A DNA stretch of 64,000 nucleotides. Source: Chloropicon primus. Lineage: Eukaryota. The stretch covers positions 744,001 to 808,000 of the forward strand of contig CP060760.1 of the NCBI GenBank assembly GCA_023205875.1, written 5' to 3'. The notes beneath the pieces were generated by a model that had not been told where the DNA came from, made no database searches, and saw only the letters and a list, made by a program, of their open reading frames with translations. Position 1 is the first letter of the stretch. Each line of letters begins with the position of its first letter. Made by a program: the position numbers and the translations under genes. This document shows, piece after piece, positions 32,526 through 43,307 of the stretch.

Positions 32526-35500
32526 TTACACGCTCAAGAGAAACGTCTCGACGACGCGCTCTCGGCCATCGGCGCTATCGACGACAATTGTGTGCTTCTC
32601 CCAAGCCTCATCAGGAACAAGAGCGACGACGCTCTCAGAGGCGTGGATGTGGTCAGCCTTCCCCTTCTTCTCCATCAAGACGGCCAGGGCCACGTCATCG
32701 CCCATGATCGAGAATTTTGGCACTTTTGTCCCGATGACCCCGCTGATGCACGAGCCTGTGTGCACGCCCACGCGCAACGTCGCGGGGGTGTTGACAACTG
32801 GCTTCGTGACCTCCCTCGATCCCCACACCATGGCCTTTGCGAATCCGATCATGTCAATGGTGTTTTCAGCACGGCCATGAGACTCTGCATCAATCTCGCA
32901 ATTCCCGGTCACAACGCCCACTGTTGCCACGTAACAGTCTCCCACAGTCTCGACCTTGTACACGTTGAAGTCGTCGCAGAGCTGATCAAAAGTGACGAAC
33001 AAGTCATTGAGAAAAATGAAGACCCTTTCAGGGTCTACTCGTCTGCAAAACCCCGTGAAGCCGACCAGGTCAGCGTACAAGATTGAGACGCCAAAATGCC
33101 TTTGGGACAGTGACCGAGTCTGCACGTGTGGCTGCTGCACCTCCTCCACGATACTGGATGGCAGAATATTCTCCAAGAACTCCCTTTGGGTCTGCTCGTT
33201 CTTGCTCTTCTCCTCGATGATCTGCTGCCAATAAAAAGCACTTAAGAGGCTTTGCAAGAACCTTTTCCTGTCCTGTGTTCCCCTTAAAAACGAGGCACAC
33301 AGAAGCACTATGGAGTATACAGTGATCAGCGAGGCAAACATATAGAAGTTAAAGATGACGGTCCCAATCCCAGTCTTAATGTTCTGCTCCTGGAGTTCCT
33401 TGTATACTTGCTCGTCGCTAGCGATCCTCGGAATGCCTAGCCCCCAGTAGAGCCCTAACGCGAGCAAAAACCAAAACGCTTGACTGATTAAGGGTAAGCC
33501 TGAGAAGAAGAACACGAGACTACTCAACGTCGCGATCGTCACGAACATGGAGGGGACCCAGTAATTGGTAACATCATCTTTCCAGGACTCTATTCCGTAT
33601 CCAGATGCGGAGATCATGGTAATCAGCAAACCAGTGTAGATGAGAAACGCACTCACAGTGGCCCAAAACTTTTCCTTCACAATCTCTGATCGGTGAACGA
33701 CGAAATGCGACCCTACACCAACGACGAGCAGGGCTGCGAATACCCATATATAAGTAGGGGTAATATACAGGCGAGAATATGATAAAATCTCAATGTAAGA
33801 CAGATCAGAAGCTTTCACCCCGGCCTGCGCAGAATCATACGATGCCTTACTCAACCTCTCAACTATATAGAAGAAGAAAAGAACAGAATAGAACAGAACA
33901 GAACAAAAAGTCAATTCATTTTTCAGTGGCAAGCAAGGATAATCCATTACTCACCGCACCAATCCTCGAGCCATGCCTCCTCATTTTGTGCACAAGTACT
34001 GAGCTGCAGCCGGGCATACAAGTAACCAAACAGCAGATTGGCCAGCAGAAGCAAAACGAAGAGGGCATAGCCAAAGAGAACTGCGAACTTGTCCTTTGTT
34101 GCTTGAGCGTTCCAGTAAGCCCGCTCGATATGCCAGCGCTTGAAAAAGAAACCAAACCACCTCGTGTGCTCCGAATAAACCAATTCACTTACTGGATCAA
34201 CATCAATGTATCTCCCTGAACCACTCGTAGTCGTCATGCTATGGTCGCTTGGAAAGAAGAGGGGGTTGTCGTATTGCACCAATGGACTGGAAGGAACGTC
34301 GAGACTTTGATTCGATGAATCCACATGACCAGAACCACAACGAAGCAAGTACGTTTGCATCCAGCCCTTGCCCTTCACCTCCATCTTCTTCAGCTTCTCC
34401 CAGGGCTCGTCAGGGACGAGGCCAACCACATCCTGTGTGGTGTGTATGCAACCCGCCGGGCCAGTCTGAACCATCCTGGCCGAGGTGTTCATCGCATCCC
34501 CGAACAAGCAAAACCTGAAGGTCTTTGTTCCCACGATCCCGCTCATGCAGGGGCCCGTGTGGATCCCGATTCGCAACACAGGCTTCACGTCAGCCTCGGG
34601 AGCTTCCACGCACCTCGAACCCTTCATGATGGCCTTGGCGAAGCTAATCATCAAGTCTGTATTGAACACGGAGACGTCTCTCAACTCACCGTTGCACTCG
34701 TTTTCTGGCAGCGCTGCAGAATTCACGCTGACTCTCTCGTTGTGCATTTTCCCCGTGACAACACCGACGGCGGCCACATACTGGTCCCCCACAGTCTCCA
34801 CCTTGTACACCTCGTGATCGTCGCACAGACCATCAAACACGAGAAACAGATCGTCAAGATAATTCAGCACGGACGACGGATGCACTTGCGAAGAGAACGT
34901 CGCAAAGCCCTCGAGCTCGGCAAACGCGATGCAGACTCCAGAGTGATGCTGCGACAGGTTTTCCAGCTGCTTTTGAGACTGGATGACAAAGTTTTCTTCC
35001 TCCAGCTGCTGGACAATGGTAGAGGGAAGCATGCGGTTCAGCAGGTCTTTCTGCAGCTTTGTGTTCTGTGTTTTGTATCGAATGATTTCTTCTTGTTGCT
35101 CGACCAAGATCACCCTCGCGAAAAACTGCTTCCTTCCTTTGATCTCTTGCACAAGAGATCCGCACAGCGTTAGCACAATCCACACAAGCGCATAGTATGA
35201 GTTCTCAAACAAAGAGAAGCGAAGCGCGAATGTCGTCGACATAACGCAGTCCGGATCTTGGCTACAGCCTGCAGAAGAACAGGACGAGGACGAAAGGAAA
35301 ATGCAGAACAAGTCAACAAGAATCCAGGTGTATCCGTGACAGCATCAATCACGCGTACCTTGTTCCAGAGTCCGTGAAGCCGTGGGGTAAAGCCCAAAAA
35401 AGAGGGACATACTGAACAGGCAAAGCAGAACATATAGCCCGAAGCTTCCAACGACCAGAAAAATAGGGAAGATCACGATTATGTACCGCAGGAAAACGTA

Positions 35501-36174
35501 AGGGTAGGCCGCCACCTCTGGGAGAGGGGCTTCCGAAGAGATAAAGGTAACGAACAAAGCCGAAACCAGAGCCATAGCCACCACTAACGCCGATAATGTG
35601 GCCCAAGACTTCTCCGACACTTGCGTTGACCTGTGAATGAAGAAGTGCGCGAGCACACCCACGCCTAAAGTTCCAAGCAAGCAGTAAAGGGTAGTGAGCG
35701 TCCTTCCGATAAAAGACTTCTTTGCTTCTGGCTGCGACTCGAACTGTTCCCTAAGAGAGAGACGACATGTGTCAGTGCCTGCAGTGCCTAACCTAACTTA
35801 GAAGTGGGAACTTACTTGAACAAGAGATAAATCACAAGGCCGTTCAGAATCAAGATTGCGACGAATACGCCGGCGTAGCCCGCGTAGACGACTTTCTTGC
35901 TCAACCTCGCATGCCCATCGAGGTAAACACGTTCCATCCGCCACGTTTTGAACACAAGCCCTGGCCACCACGTATGCTTGTTGAAGGTTTTCTCCTCCTC
36001 CGGGTTCAACGCCTCCAGCGCCTCCGCGAAGGGTCTCCTCGCCCCTCCCTCTCCCTCCAGAGCCAAGCTCGCCTCCGGCCCGCTGCCCGATTCCGACCTC
36101 GACAGACCTCGTTCCCCCCCCGACTGCAGCGTCGCCCCTCGGAAGAGCTCCTCCCCGAGGTCGGCCACCTCCAT
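32526..36174 (-). CDS. Membrane guanylyl-cyclase-like protein, copy 3 (same 4-exon structure)
   Basis: Near-identical to copies 1 and 2; intact. Confidence 0.9.
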
Positions 36175-36460
36175 CCCTGTCAACTCCTTCTCATGTCTCT
36201 CTCTCCCTCTCCCTCCCTCCTCCTGCTCACGACGACGTGGCGTTCGGTTCGTTCCCGCGCGACGGCGGTTACTCCTCTTTTGTTTTGCTCCAGCTGCTTC
36301 ATAACGACCGAGCACGAGGGTGAACGAGGAGGGAGGGGAACGAACGAAGAGACAAGAGACCAAGAGACGAAGAGACCAAGAGACGAGGATTTATCAAGCG
36401 GCAGCGTTGGCTCTCGCTCTTTCGAAAGAGCCGTTTCTCTTACGCAACGGTTGCGGCGAG

Positions 36461-39400
36461 ATGGTGGATGCAAGTCGAGAGACCAAGCTGCAGAAAGGGG
36501 ACCGCATCAAGGTAAGCAGCAGACACAGGCTTGCCAAAGGAATGAGAGATTGTGATCTGGGAGGCCTTGTGCTGACTCTCTCTCTCTCTCTGTCTTCGTG
36601 TTTTTGTTTTCTGCAGGTGTTTCATCCCGTCTCCGGGAGGTGGAAGAAAGTTGTCGTGAAACAAGTTCGAGTGAGGCGATCCAGAATACAAGTCTGCAGC
36701 GACGAGGATGCCCCCAGCAGTTCTTCGTCGTCACCAGAGGATGCTCTGGAGTGGCTTGACTACAGCCAGGTTAGGTACAAGAGGACGAGAGAGTGCCGTG
36801 GTGCTTCTCGCAGGATCGAGGAGAAGAAGAAGAAGGCGACGGCGGGAGGCAAGCCGGAGCAAGCCGACAGGGTGAAGCAGCTGGTGGGTGGAAGGAGAGT
36901 GAGTTCAAAGAATCCAAAGGGAAAGGGGAGGGAAAGGGGGCCACGTGAAGTCGGTGAGCCGAATGACGTGGTGACGCGAACTCCGAGGACGCCTCCCCTG
37001 ACAGGGAGAACAGAAAGCAGGAAGAGAGATTATTCACAGTCTCCATCGACGTGGTGGCTGCGAACGAAGAAAAGGACAAAGTCTTCGTCGTCGAAGAAGA
37101 CAAGTAGCGGTGAAGGATCACCGCACAAGTGCGCTTCTCCATCAACCTTGGCTCCTCGGACACCTGAGCTGACACTCTCTGATGTCGGGCAGGCAGGCAA
37201 AGCGGAGAGGATTGCGCATCGATCCAGGAGAAGGCTCGACTTCGATCAGAGTGAATTCTCCGAGGAGCAGAATGGGCCAAAGGCAGAGAGCAAGCAAGGG
37301 AGAGTGGCGGAGTCGCTCGAAGATGAATTTGGCGTTCCGTGGGAGACGCAAGCGGTGCCAAACTTCACGCTCAAGCTCATGCTTGCGGAGCTCATTGATT
37401 TGAAGGGCCGGACAACCAATGTAGCGTGCATGAAGGAGAGTGAGAGTAAGCAGGTCGGTGTGCCTTTCCGACCCCTGCCCCACGTGATGTACAAGATGGA
37501 TTACATCCACGCCGAGAATCCAGTCTCGCAAAGGACGAGCTGCTGCATACAACACGGGATCTTTCCGACGAGAGCTTGCGTCATGTCCGACAGCGAGCAG
37601 GACGACTACAGGAAGTATTTGCTGAGGCCGGCGGAGAGGGTTGCAGGGGTGAGGGCTTGTGGAGATGCACACTTTATTGAGATGAGGTCTTTCAGTGACG
37701 TGAAGGTCTACATGAAGCAGAATTCTTCCGTCATTCTGAATTACAGGTACAAGGACGACGTCATCCTTGAGCCGTGCAGGACGGACCGCTCGATCAGGAA
37801 GAGCGACGTTCAGATTGTGCTGAACTTGAAACGGAACTTGAACTGTTCGGTGGAATTGAACAGACTTGCATCTAGTCTCGATCAGAATCTGAAGTTGCCT
37901 TCGCTTGGGCTGAGACTTGATTTGTTCATCTCACCGGAGCTGAAGAGTAGGCTGACTACGCCAGACGTTTCCTCGCTCGTTGCCGTTATCGCCGGGGTGG
38001 AGAAGCATTTGACAGAACTCATTGTTCAATGGAACGCTGAGGTCTTCGTGAATTATTTGGACGCGTTGGAGGCAAGGGCTGGACAAGCAGACTGCGGAAA
38101 CGCACCACCCAGTTCTGTAGCACTTGGCGAAAAGACCGACGCTGGCATCCGCTTCAAGGCTTTTCTCGAAAGGGTGGATGTCTTGGGCAGGCGCTTCTGC
38201 AACATCGACTCGCGGTCCATCCTGTCGAGGCTCAAGAATGACGTTTCCATCATCAAGCTTTTGCAGATGTTTTCCTTTCAAAGCACCTTGCTGTATTCGT
38301 CCATACTCGTGCTGATGCGTGTCGACACGGCGCTAGCGGGCAAGGACAGCAACTGCTTGCTGAAGCAAGTTCACATCTTGTCCAGGAACGACTGTCGAGA
38401 CTCGTTTCGGTACGAGATGATCGCAAAGGAGACGATCTGCAAGTCAAGCGAGGGGCACGGGTACCTGAAGACCGAGTTCTTCTTTCCGAAGGATTTCATT
38501 CCAGACAACTACAAGGACGTCGTGCTTCCGTGCGATTACGACGATGCCCAGAAGCGTTATCCTGCAGGCGTTACGACGTACACCGGCCTCTTTTCGGAAG
38601 AGGAGCTCGAGAATGTGGAGAAGAGGGTCTTGGACATCGAAGCAAGCTTGGAAGGCCGGCTGCTGCCGGAGAGTTGCTACGACCGGAGCCAGAACCAGTC
38701 CTCAGTCAGGAGGACCAAGCTGTTCTTTGGCGCAAGATACCTTTGGACGAAAGAGCAGATCGCTGGTTTTGAGTCGAGCAGGGCGGGGGGAATCAGGCTG
38801 AACGTCCCGCGGGTGCCCAAGTGGGTGAGGGACTGCGTCGAGGAGCCGCTGGTCCAAAGCGATATCCTGCCCAAGGACTTCATCAACAGCTCTGCAATCA
38901 ACATCTATCACGATGGAAGCGAGGGCATCCAGAGCCACTACGACGACGATTCGCGCTTCGCGAGGCCTATTGTGTCCCTGAGAACGTTCTCGGACTCGAG
39001 GCTGTCGTTCGGGACAAAGTTTTTCGGTTACGTCAACGGAAGCTTTTTCGTGCCGATGCCGAGAGGGTGCATCACGGTGATGGAAGAGAAGGGCTACGCT
39101 GCCAACGGGATCAAGCACTCGGTCAGAGCGGTGGACATGACGGGGAAGAGCGTTGCGATCATCCTGAGGCACGTCCACCACAGTTGCATGGTGGAGGCGA
39201 AGAAGATCTTCCTGGAGGAGAGCAGAGCTTGGTTCGAGGACCTGAGCCTGGAGCATAGGGAACGAGTGGTCCTGGACGAGGACACCAAGAAAGCCAGGGC
39301 TCAATGCGGCCACGTGGTCAACAACATCCTGAGGCAAGTGCAGCAGCAGCTGAAGGAGGAGAGGAAGGAGGAGGCCAAGCAGGAAAAGAGGGTGATCGTC

Positions 39401-39742
39401 GAATGCAAGAAGGTCGTGAGCGACCTGCTGAGCCAAGTTCAGAACAATTTGCGGGCGGAGAGGAAGCTCGCGGCGGTCCGGGAGGCGGAGGAGAGGAAGG
39501 TCAGGGCCGAGTGCGCCCAAGCCGTGAAAGTGATCTTGCAGGGAGTTCGGCAGCACTTCCAAGTCGAGAGGCAGATGAACACGATCGTCCGCGGCCTGGT
39601 CACGGCGGCGGTGAAGCACGTCAAGGAGGAGCAAAAGGTTCGAAAAATCGTGGAGGCAATCACAAAGTCCGTCTCCAGCGGCAAGGCGTACAAGTTCTTC
39701 GCCCCGAGGAAGCCCAGTGCGTCGAAGAAGACCTCCCAGTAA
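36461..39742 (+). CDS. Large AlkB-family 2OG-Fe(II) dioxygenase, ALKBH5-like (putative RNA m6A demethylase); probable in-frame intron 36512-36616
   Basis: Has RTKLFFGARY, FINSSAINIY, the HxD motif IQSHYD, FARPIVSL..FSDSRLSFG, GYAANGIKHSVR and VAIILR; coiled-coil C-terminus. Confidence 0.85.
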   Translation: MVDASRETKLQKGDRIKVSSRHRLAKGMRDCDLGGLVLTLSLSLSSCFCFLQVFHPVSGRWKKVVVKQVRVRRSRIQVCSDEDAPSSSSSSPEDALEWLDYSQVRYKRTRECRGASRRIEEKKKKATAGGKPEQADRVKQLVGGRRVSSKNPKGKGRERGPREVGEPNDVVTRTPRTPPLTGRTESRKRDYSQSPSTWWLRTKKRTKSSSSKKTSSGEGSPHKCASPSTLAPRTPELTLSDVGQAGKAERIAHRSRRRLDFDQSEFSEEQNGPKAESKQGRVAESLEDEFGVPWETQAVPNFTLKLMLAELIDLKGRTTNVACMKESESKQVGVPFRPLPHVMYKMDYIHAENPVSQRTSCCIQHGIFPTRACVMSDSEQDDYRKYLLRPAERVAGVRACGDAHFIEMRSFSDVKVYMKQNSSVILNYRYKDDVILEPCRTDRSIRKSDVQIVLNLKRNLNCSVELNRLASSLDQNLKLPSLGLRLDLFISPELKSRLTTPDVSSLVAVIAGVEKHLTELIVQWNAEVFVNYLDALEARAGQADCGNAPPSSVALGEKTDAGIRFKAFLERVDVLGRRFCNIDSRSILSRLKNDVSIIKLLQMFSFQSTLLYSSILVLMRVDTALAGKDSNCLLKQVHILSRNDCRDSFRYEMIAKETICKSSEGHGYLKTEFFFPKDFIPDNYKDVVLPCDYDDAQKRYPAGVTTYTGLFSEEELENVEKRVLDIEASLEGRLLPESCYDRSQNQSSVRRTKLFFGARYLWTKEQIAGFESSRAGGIRLNVPRVPKWVRDCVEEPLVQSDILPKDFINSSAINIYHDGSEGIQSHYDDDSRFARPIVSLRTFSDSRLSFGTKFFGYVNGSFFVPMPRGCITVMEEKGYAANGIKHSVRAVDMTGKSVAIILRHVHHSCMVEAKKIFLEESRAWFEDLSLEHRERVVLDEDTKKARAQCGHVVNNILRQVQQQLKEERKEEAKQEKRVIVECKKVVSDLLSQVQNNLRAERKLAAVREAEERKVRAECAQAVKVILQGVRQHFQVERQMNTIVRGLVTAAVKHVKEEQKVRKIVEAITKSVSSGKAYKFFAPRKPSASKKTSQ

Positions 39743-39808
39743 CGGTTTCTTTTTTGGTTTGGTTAGATTACAAATTACTATATTGTTTCGTCGTCGTTTG
39801 TCAACCCA

Positions 39809-41248
39809 TCACTCGGCCCTGGCCTGCAGAACCACGTCGATGGTGACCATCTTGCCCTTCCTCCTCACGGCAACTTGCGCCGAGGTTCCTACGTCGCACA
39901 GCTCCAAGACACTGATGATGTCCTCGGCACTGCTCACGTCCTTGCCGTTGACTTTGACGATCTCGTCTCCGAGGGTCACTTCGCCCCAGGAGCTCCTGCT
40001 GGTGCCCAAGAGCCCCGCCCGGTCGGCCCCGGATCCAGGAACAACGGAGAGAACCAAGACGCCCGCCAGACCAAGCTGCCTGGCTTGCTGGTCCGCGGCG
40101 CAGTTCACCCCAAGGGACGGCTTGATGACCTTCCCGTGCCTGATGATCTGGTTCACGACCCGCCTCACCGTGTCTGCGGGGACGGCAAAGCCGACGCCTG
40201 AGCTGGCTCCCGACGGGGAGAGGATCATTGTGTTCACCCCGATAAGCTTGCCCTGGCTATCAAGAAGGGGCCCACCGCTGTTACCAGGGTTGATCGCCGC
40301 GTCAGTCTGGACCACGCCCCTAATGGGGCGGCCCGTGATCCCCTTGATGTCCCTCCCCACCCCACTCACAATGCCGGTGGTGAGGGTCTGGTCCAGACCG
40401 AAGGGGTTTCCTATCGCGTAAACCTTTTGGCCCACCCGCAAGCTGTGGGACGAGCCGATGGACAGGGGCACCAGAGTTTTTCCCTTGGTCACCGTGTCGA
40501 TCCGAAGCACCGCGAGGTCCTTGTCGGGCTCCGCCCCAACCAGCTTGGCTTCGAAGGACGTGTTGTCAGCCAAATTCACTTTCGCCTTCTGCGCGTTCCG
40601 AACGACGTGGTAGTTGGTGACTATGTGCCCAGCCTGGTCCCACACGAAGCCCGACCCCGTGCCGAGGGGTATCTCGCTTATGTCGAGGGAGAACTGCTGC
40701 TGCACGAGCGAGCTCGTAGTTATGTGGACAACAGAGGGAGCGCTCCTGTCGAACACCTCTATGGTCCTCTGCTCCTCCTGCAGCAGGCCGCTGTGGCTGG
40801 GGCTCTGGGGACGCACCTCCCGCCCCCCCCTCGACACAAGGGCCTCCAGATCGCTCCTCAGGTGGGGCGAGAGGGAGTGCTCCGCGGACGAAAGCCGGTC
40901 CACTAGCTCCCGCTTCTCGTAACAGTCCCTGTAGTCGATCCCCGCCGAGTCCAGGAAGTGCTTGAGCTGGGCGACAGTGAGACTCTCGTACCCCTCCGCG
41001 GCGGTCGCAAGAGGTCGAAGGCCAAGCCGATCGAGCTTTCGCCGCCCCTCCTCCCCCGTGCGAACCCGCTCCAGCCCCGAGGGACTTGACCTCGCACTTT
41101 GTGGCACGTGCCCCTGGCTCACGAGAGAGTGCCACCTGTGCCGCGACACCGGAGTGAGCGCGGGCACCTGTCCCCGAGTGAGCGCGGAACTCCGGTGCAG
41201 GAAGCACGCCCCCCTCGTCGATGCACGCCGCAGCAGGAACGGAAGCAT
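39809..41248 (-). CDS. Deg/HtrA serine protease (DegP1-like; trypsin + PDZ) with an N-terminal SAP-like domain
   Basis: Has GTGSGFVWD, IVTNYHVV, DKDLAVL, AIGNPFGLDQTLTTG and QTDAAINPGNSGGPL; PDZ segment GDEIVKVNG. Confidence 0.93.
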   Translation of the reverse strand: MLPFLLRRASTRGACFLHRSSALTRGQVPALTPVSRHRWHSLVSQGHVPQSARSSPSGLERVRTGEEGRRKLDRLGLRPLATAAEGYESLTVAQLKHFLDSAGIDYRDCYEKRELVDRLSSAEHSLSPHLRSDLEALVSRGGREVRPQSPSHSGLLQEEQRTIEVFDRSAPSVVHITTSSLVQQQFSLDISEIPLGTGSGFVWDQAGHIVTNYHVVRNAQKAKVNLADNTSFEAKLVGAEPDKDLAVLRIDTVTKGKTLVPLSIGSSHSLRVGQKVYAIGNPFGLDQTLTTGIVSGVGRDIKGITGRPIRGVVQTDAAINPGNSGGPLLDSQGKLIGVNTMILSPSGASSGVGFAVPADTVRRVVNQIIRHGKVIKPSLGVNCAADQQARQLGLAGVLVLSVVPGSGADRAGLLGTSRSSWGEVTLGDEIVKVNGKDVSSAEDIISVLELCDVGTSAQVAVRRKGKMVTIDVVLQARAE

Positions 41249-41463
41249 CAGTCCTCGTTGCCTTCCGAGCTCGGCCTCTCCTCCTCCTCCCCGATCCTTT
41301 ATGCTTGCTTTTGCTTTCAGAAAAGGGGGAGGCGAAGGGGGATCGAGGAGGGGGAGGGGTTGATGTTGATGTTGATGATGGGACGGGAGGCATCGCATGA
41401 TCTTTTGGCTCTCGTCGTCGACAGATGTTTTGCGGATGCTTTCGATTACAATGAGTTGTATTT

Positions 41464-42996
41464 TTAGGAGCTCACCCTGCTGAGGAAGTCGAAGTAGTCA
41501 GGGAAGGTTTTTCTGGTGCAGCCGGGGTCCTTGATAGTGATGGGGACGTCGCCGCAAGCCGCGAGGGAGAATGCCATGGCCATCCTGTGGTCGTCGTAGG
41601 TGTCGATGGAAGCGGGGGTGAGTTTGTTGTCCTTTGGGGGGACGATGTGGCAATAGTCCCTGCCCTCCTCCACCTCGGCCCCGAGTTTCCGCAGCTCGGT
41701 GCAGATGGCCACCATCCTCTCCGTCTCCTTGAGGCGCCAGTTGTACACGTTCCTGATGGTCGTGGGGCCCTCGGCGAAGAGGGCCACGACGGCGAGAGTC
41801 ATCGCGGCATCGGGAATGTCGTTGCAATCCACGTCGATGCCCTTGAGCTTGCCTCCGGAAGCGGTGGGCCCGGTGATGGTGATCTTGTTCGGGTGCCACT
41901 CGACCTTGCTCCCCATCATCTCCATGACGCTGGCGAACCTCACGTCCCCTTGCAGGCTCTCGCTGCCGCACCCCTCGACCGTCACCGTGCCCCCGGTGAT
42001 CGTGGCCCCGGCCAAAAAGTACGAGGCCGAGGAGGCGTCGCCCTCCACGTAAGCCGTTCCGGGCGACTTGTACGTCTGGTTTCCGGGCACGAGGATGTCC
42101 TCGAAGGTCTCGTCGTACTCCAGGTTGATGCTGAACCTCTCCTGCAACTTGGCAGTCATCTTCACGTAAGGCAGGCTGACCAGCTCATCCTTGATCTTGA
42201 TGCGCACGCCCTCTTCCTGCTTGCAGAGAGGGGAGGCCATGAGCAGAGCGGTGAGGAACTGGGAGCTTGCGCTCCCGCTGATCTCGACCACGCCGCTCGG
42301 CATGCCCTCCGCCACGATCTCCACGGGGGGGCAACCCGTGCCCAGGGTGCACTCCGCCTTGACGCCGAGCTGCACCAGGCCGTCCACGAGGTCCTGAATG
42401 GGCCTCTCCCTCATCCTTGGGTTGCCGTCCATCACGAACTTTCCTCTCCCCGCGGCCGCAACCGCGGCAGTCAGGGGCCGCATCGCCGTCCCGGCATTCC
42501 CCAGGTAAAGCTCCTGCCCCTCCGAGTCGAAGGTCCCTCCGCAGCCTTCCACCACCACCGTGTCGGACTCGCCGTCGTCCTCTATCTTCACGTTGAGCTT
42601 GCTCAAGGCGGCGAGCATGTACTCGATGTCGTCGCTCCTCAGAAGGTTCTCCACCTTGGTCGTCCCCTCCGCCAACGCGGCGGTCAGCAAGATCCTGTTC
42701 GACAGGGACTTGGATCCCGGGAGCTTGACAGTCCCCTCAATGACTCGGATGGGTTCGAGTACGAGTTCCTCCTCGGCAACGTTGCTCCCCGCGGCGACCT
42801 TCACCGCCCCTCCTCGTTCCCTCCCCCAGGTCCTCTGCCCTCTGCTCTCGCGCAAGGCCACGGCCCCCTGCAACCCAAACCTCTCCCTCCTCCTCGTCGT
42901 CCTCCTCCTCGTCGTGGTCGCGGTGGTCGCGGTGGTCGCGGTGGTCGCGGTCGCGGTCACGGGCATCCTCCTCACGCCCTTCATCCTCGTCCTCAT
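41464..42996 (-). CDS. EPSPS: EPSP synthase, plastid-targeted (start could also be 42984 or 42966)
   Basis: Has [52 protein letters not shown] and [11 protein letters not shown]. Confidence 0.97.
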   Translation of the reverse strand: MRTRMKGVRRMPVTATATTATTATTATTTRRRTTRRRERFGLQGAVALRESRGQRTWGRERGGAVKVAAGSNVAEEELVLEPIRVIEGTVKLPGSKSLSNRILLTAALAEGTTKVENLLRSDDIEYMLAALSKLNVKIEDDGESDTVVVEGCGGTFDSEGQELYLGNAGTAMRPLTAAVAAAGRGKFVMDGNPRMRERPIQDLVDGLVQLGVKAECTLGTGCPPVEIVAEGMPSGVVEISGSASSQFLTALLMASPLCKQEEGVRIKIKDELVSLPYVKMTAKLQERFSINLEYDETFEDILVPGNQTYKSPGTAYVEGDASSASYFLAGATITGGTVTVEGCGSESLQGDVRFASVMEMMGSKVEWHPNKITITGPTASGGKLKGIDVDCNDIPDAAMTLAVVALFAEGPTTIRNVYNWRLKETERMVAICTELRKLGAEVEEGRDYCHIVPPKDNKLTPASIDTYDDHRMAMAFSLAACGDVPITIKDPGCTRKTFPDYFDFLSRVSS

Positions 42997-43307
42997 CCTG
43001 CTCGATCGATCCCTTCTCCGTTCCCTTATCCACTTTGGCGCCTCTTTTGAGGAGAGCGTCGATCGATCGATCAAGGAGAGCAGAGGGCGATCGATCGATC
43101 GCGCGCGGCGATGGAGGCGACGGGCTAGAGGGGACACGATCACGATCGAGGAGGGGGAACCAGGACGGAGACACCACCAACGACCCACACGACAACACAA
43201 CTGAACTGAACTGAACAGAAGAGACAAAAACGAGACGAGACGATTGAATTCTGTTTGCGTTTGCGGTGGAGAGGGAAGGGGTTGGATACGGCGAGTGTTG
43301 GTGGAGG

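Larger units (their letters stand above)
23311..36493. repeat. Tandem array of 3 units (4389, 4398 and 4394 bp). Each unit = SDH1 3' end + cyclase gene + start of the ALKBH5-like gene
   Basis: Equivalent 'ag' junction positions at 23311, 27700, 32098 and 36492; near-identical sequence between units. Confidence 0.97.

Noticed and set aside
23311..36493. Transposon-mediated origin of the tandem array
   Set aside because: No terminal repeats, target-site duplications or transposase; the junction shows only 2-bp microhomology.
42470..42510. Glyphosate-resistance substitutions in EPSPS
   Set aside because: The motif [11 protein letters not shown] is the wild-type sensitive form.
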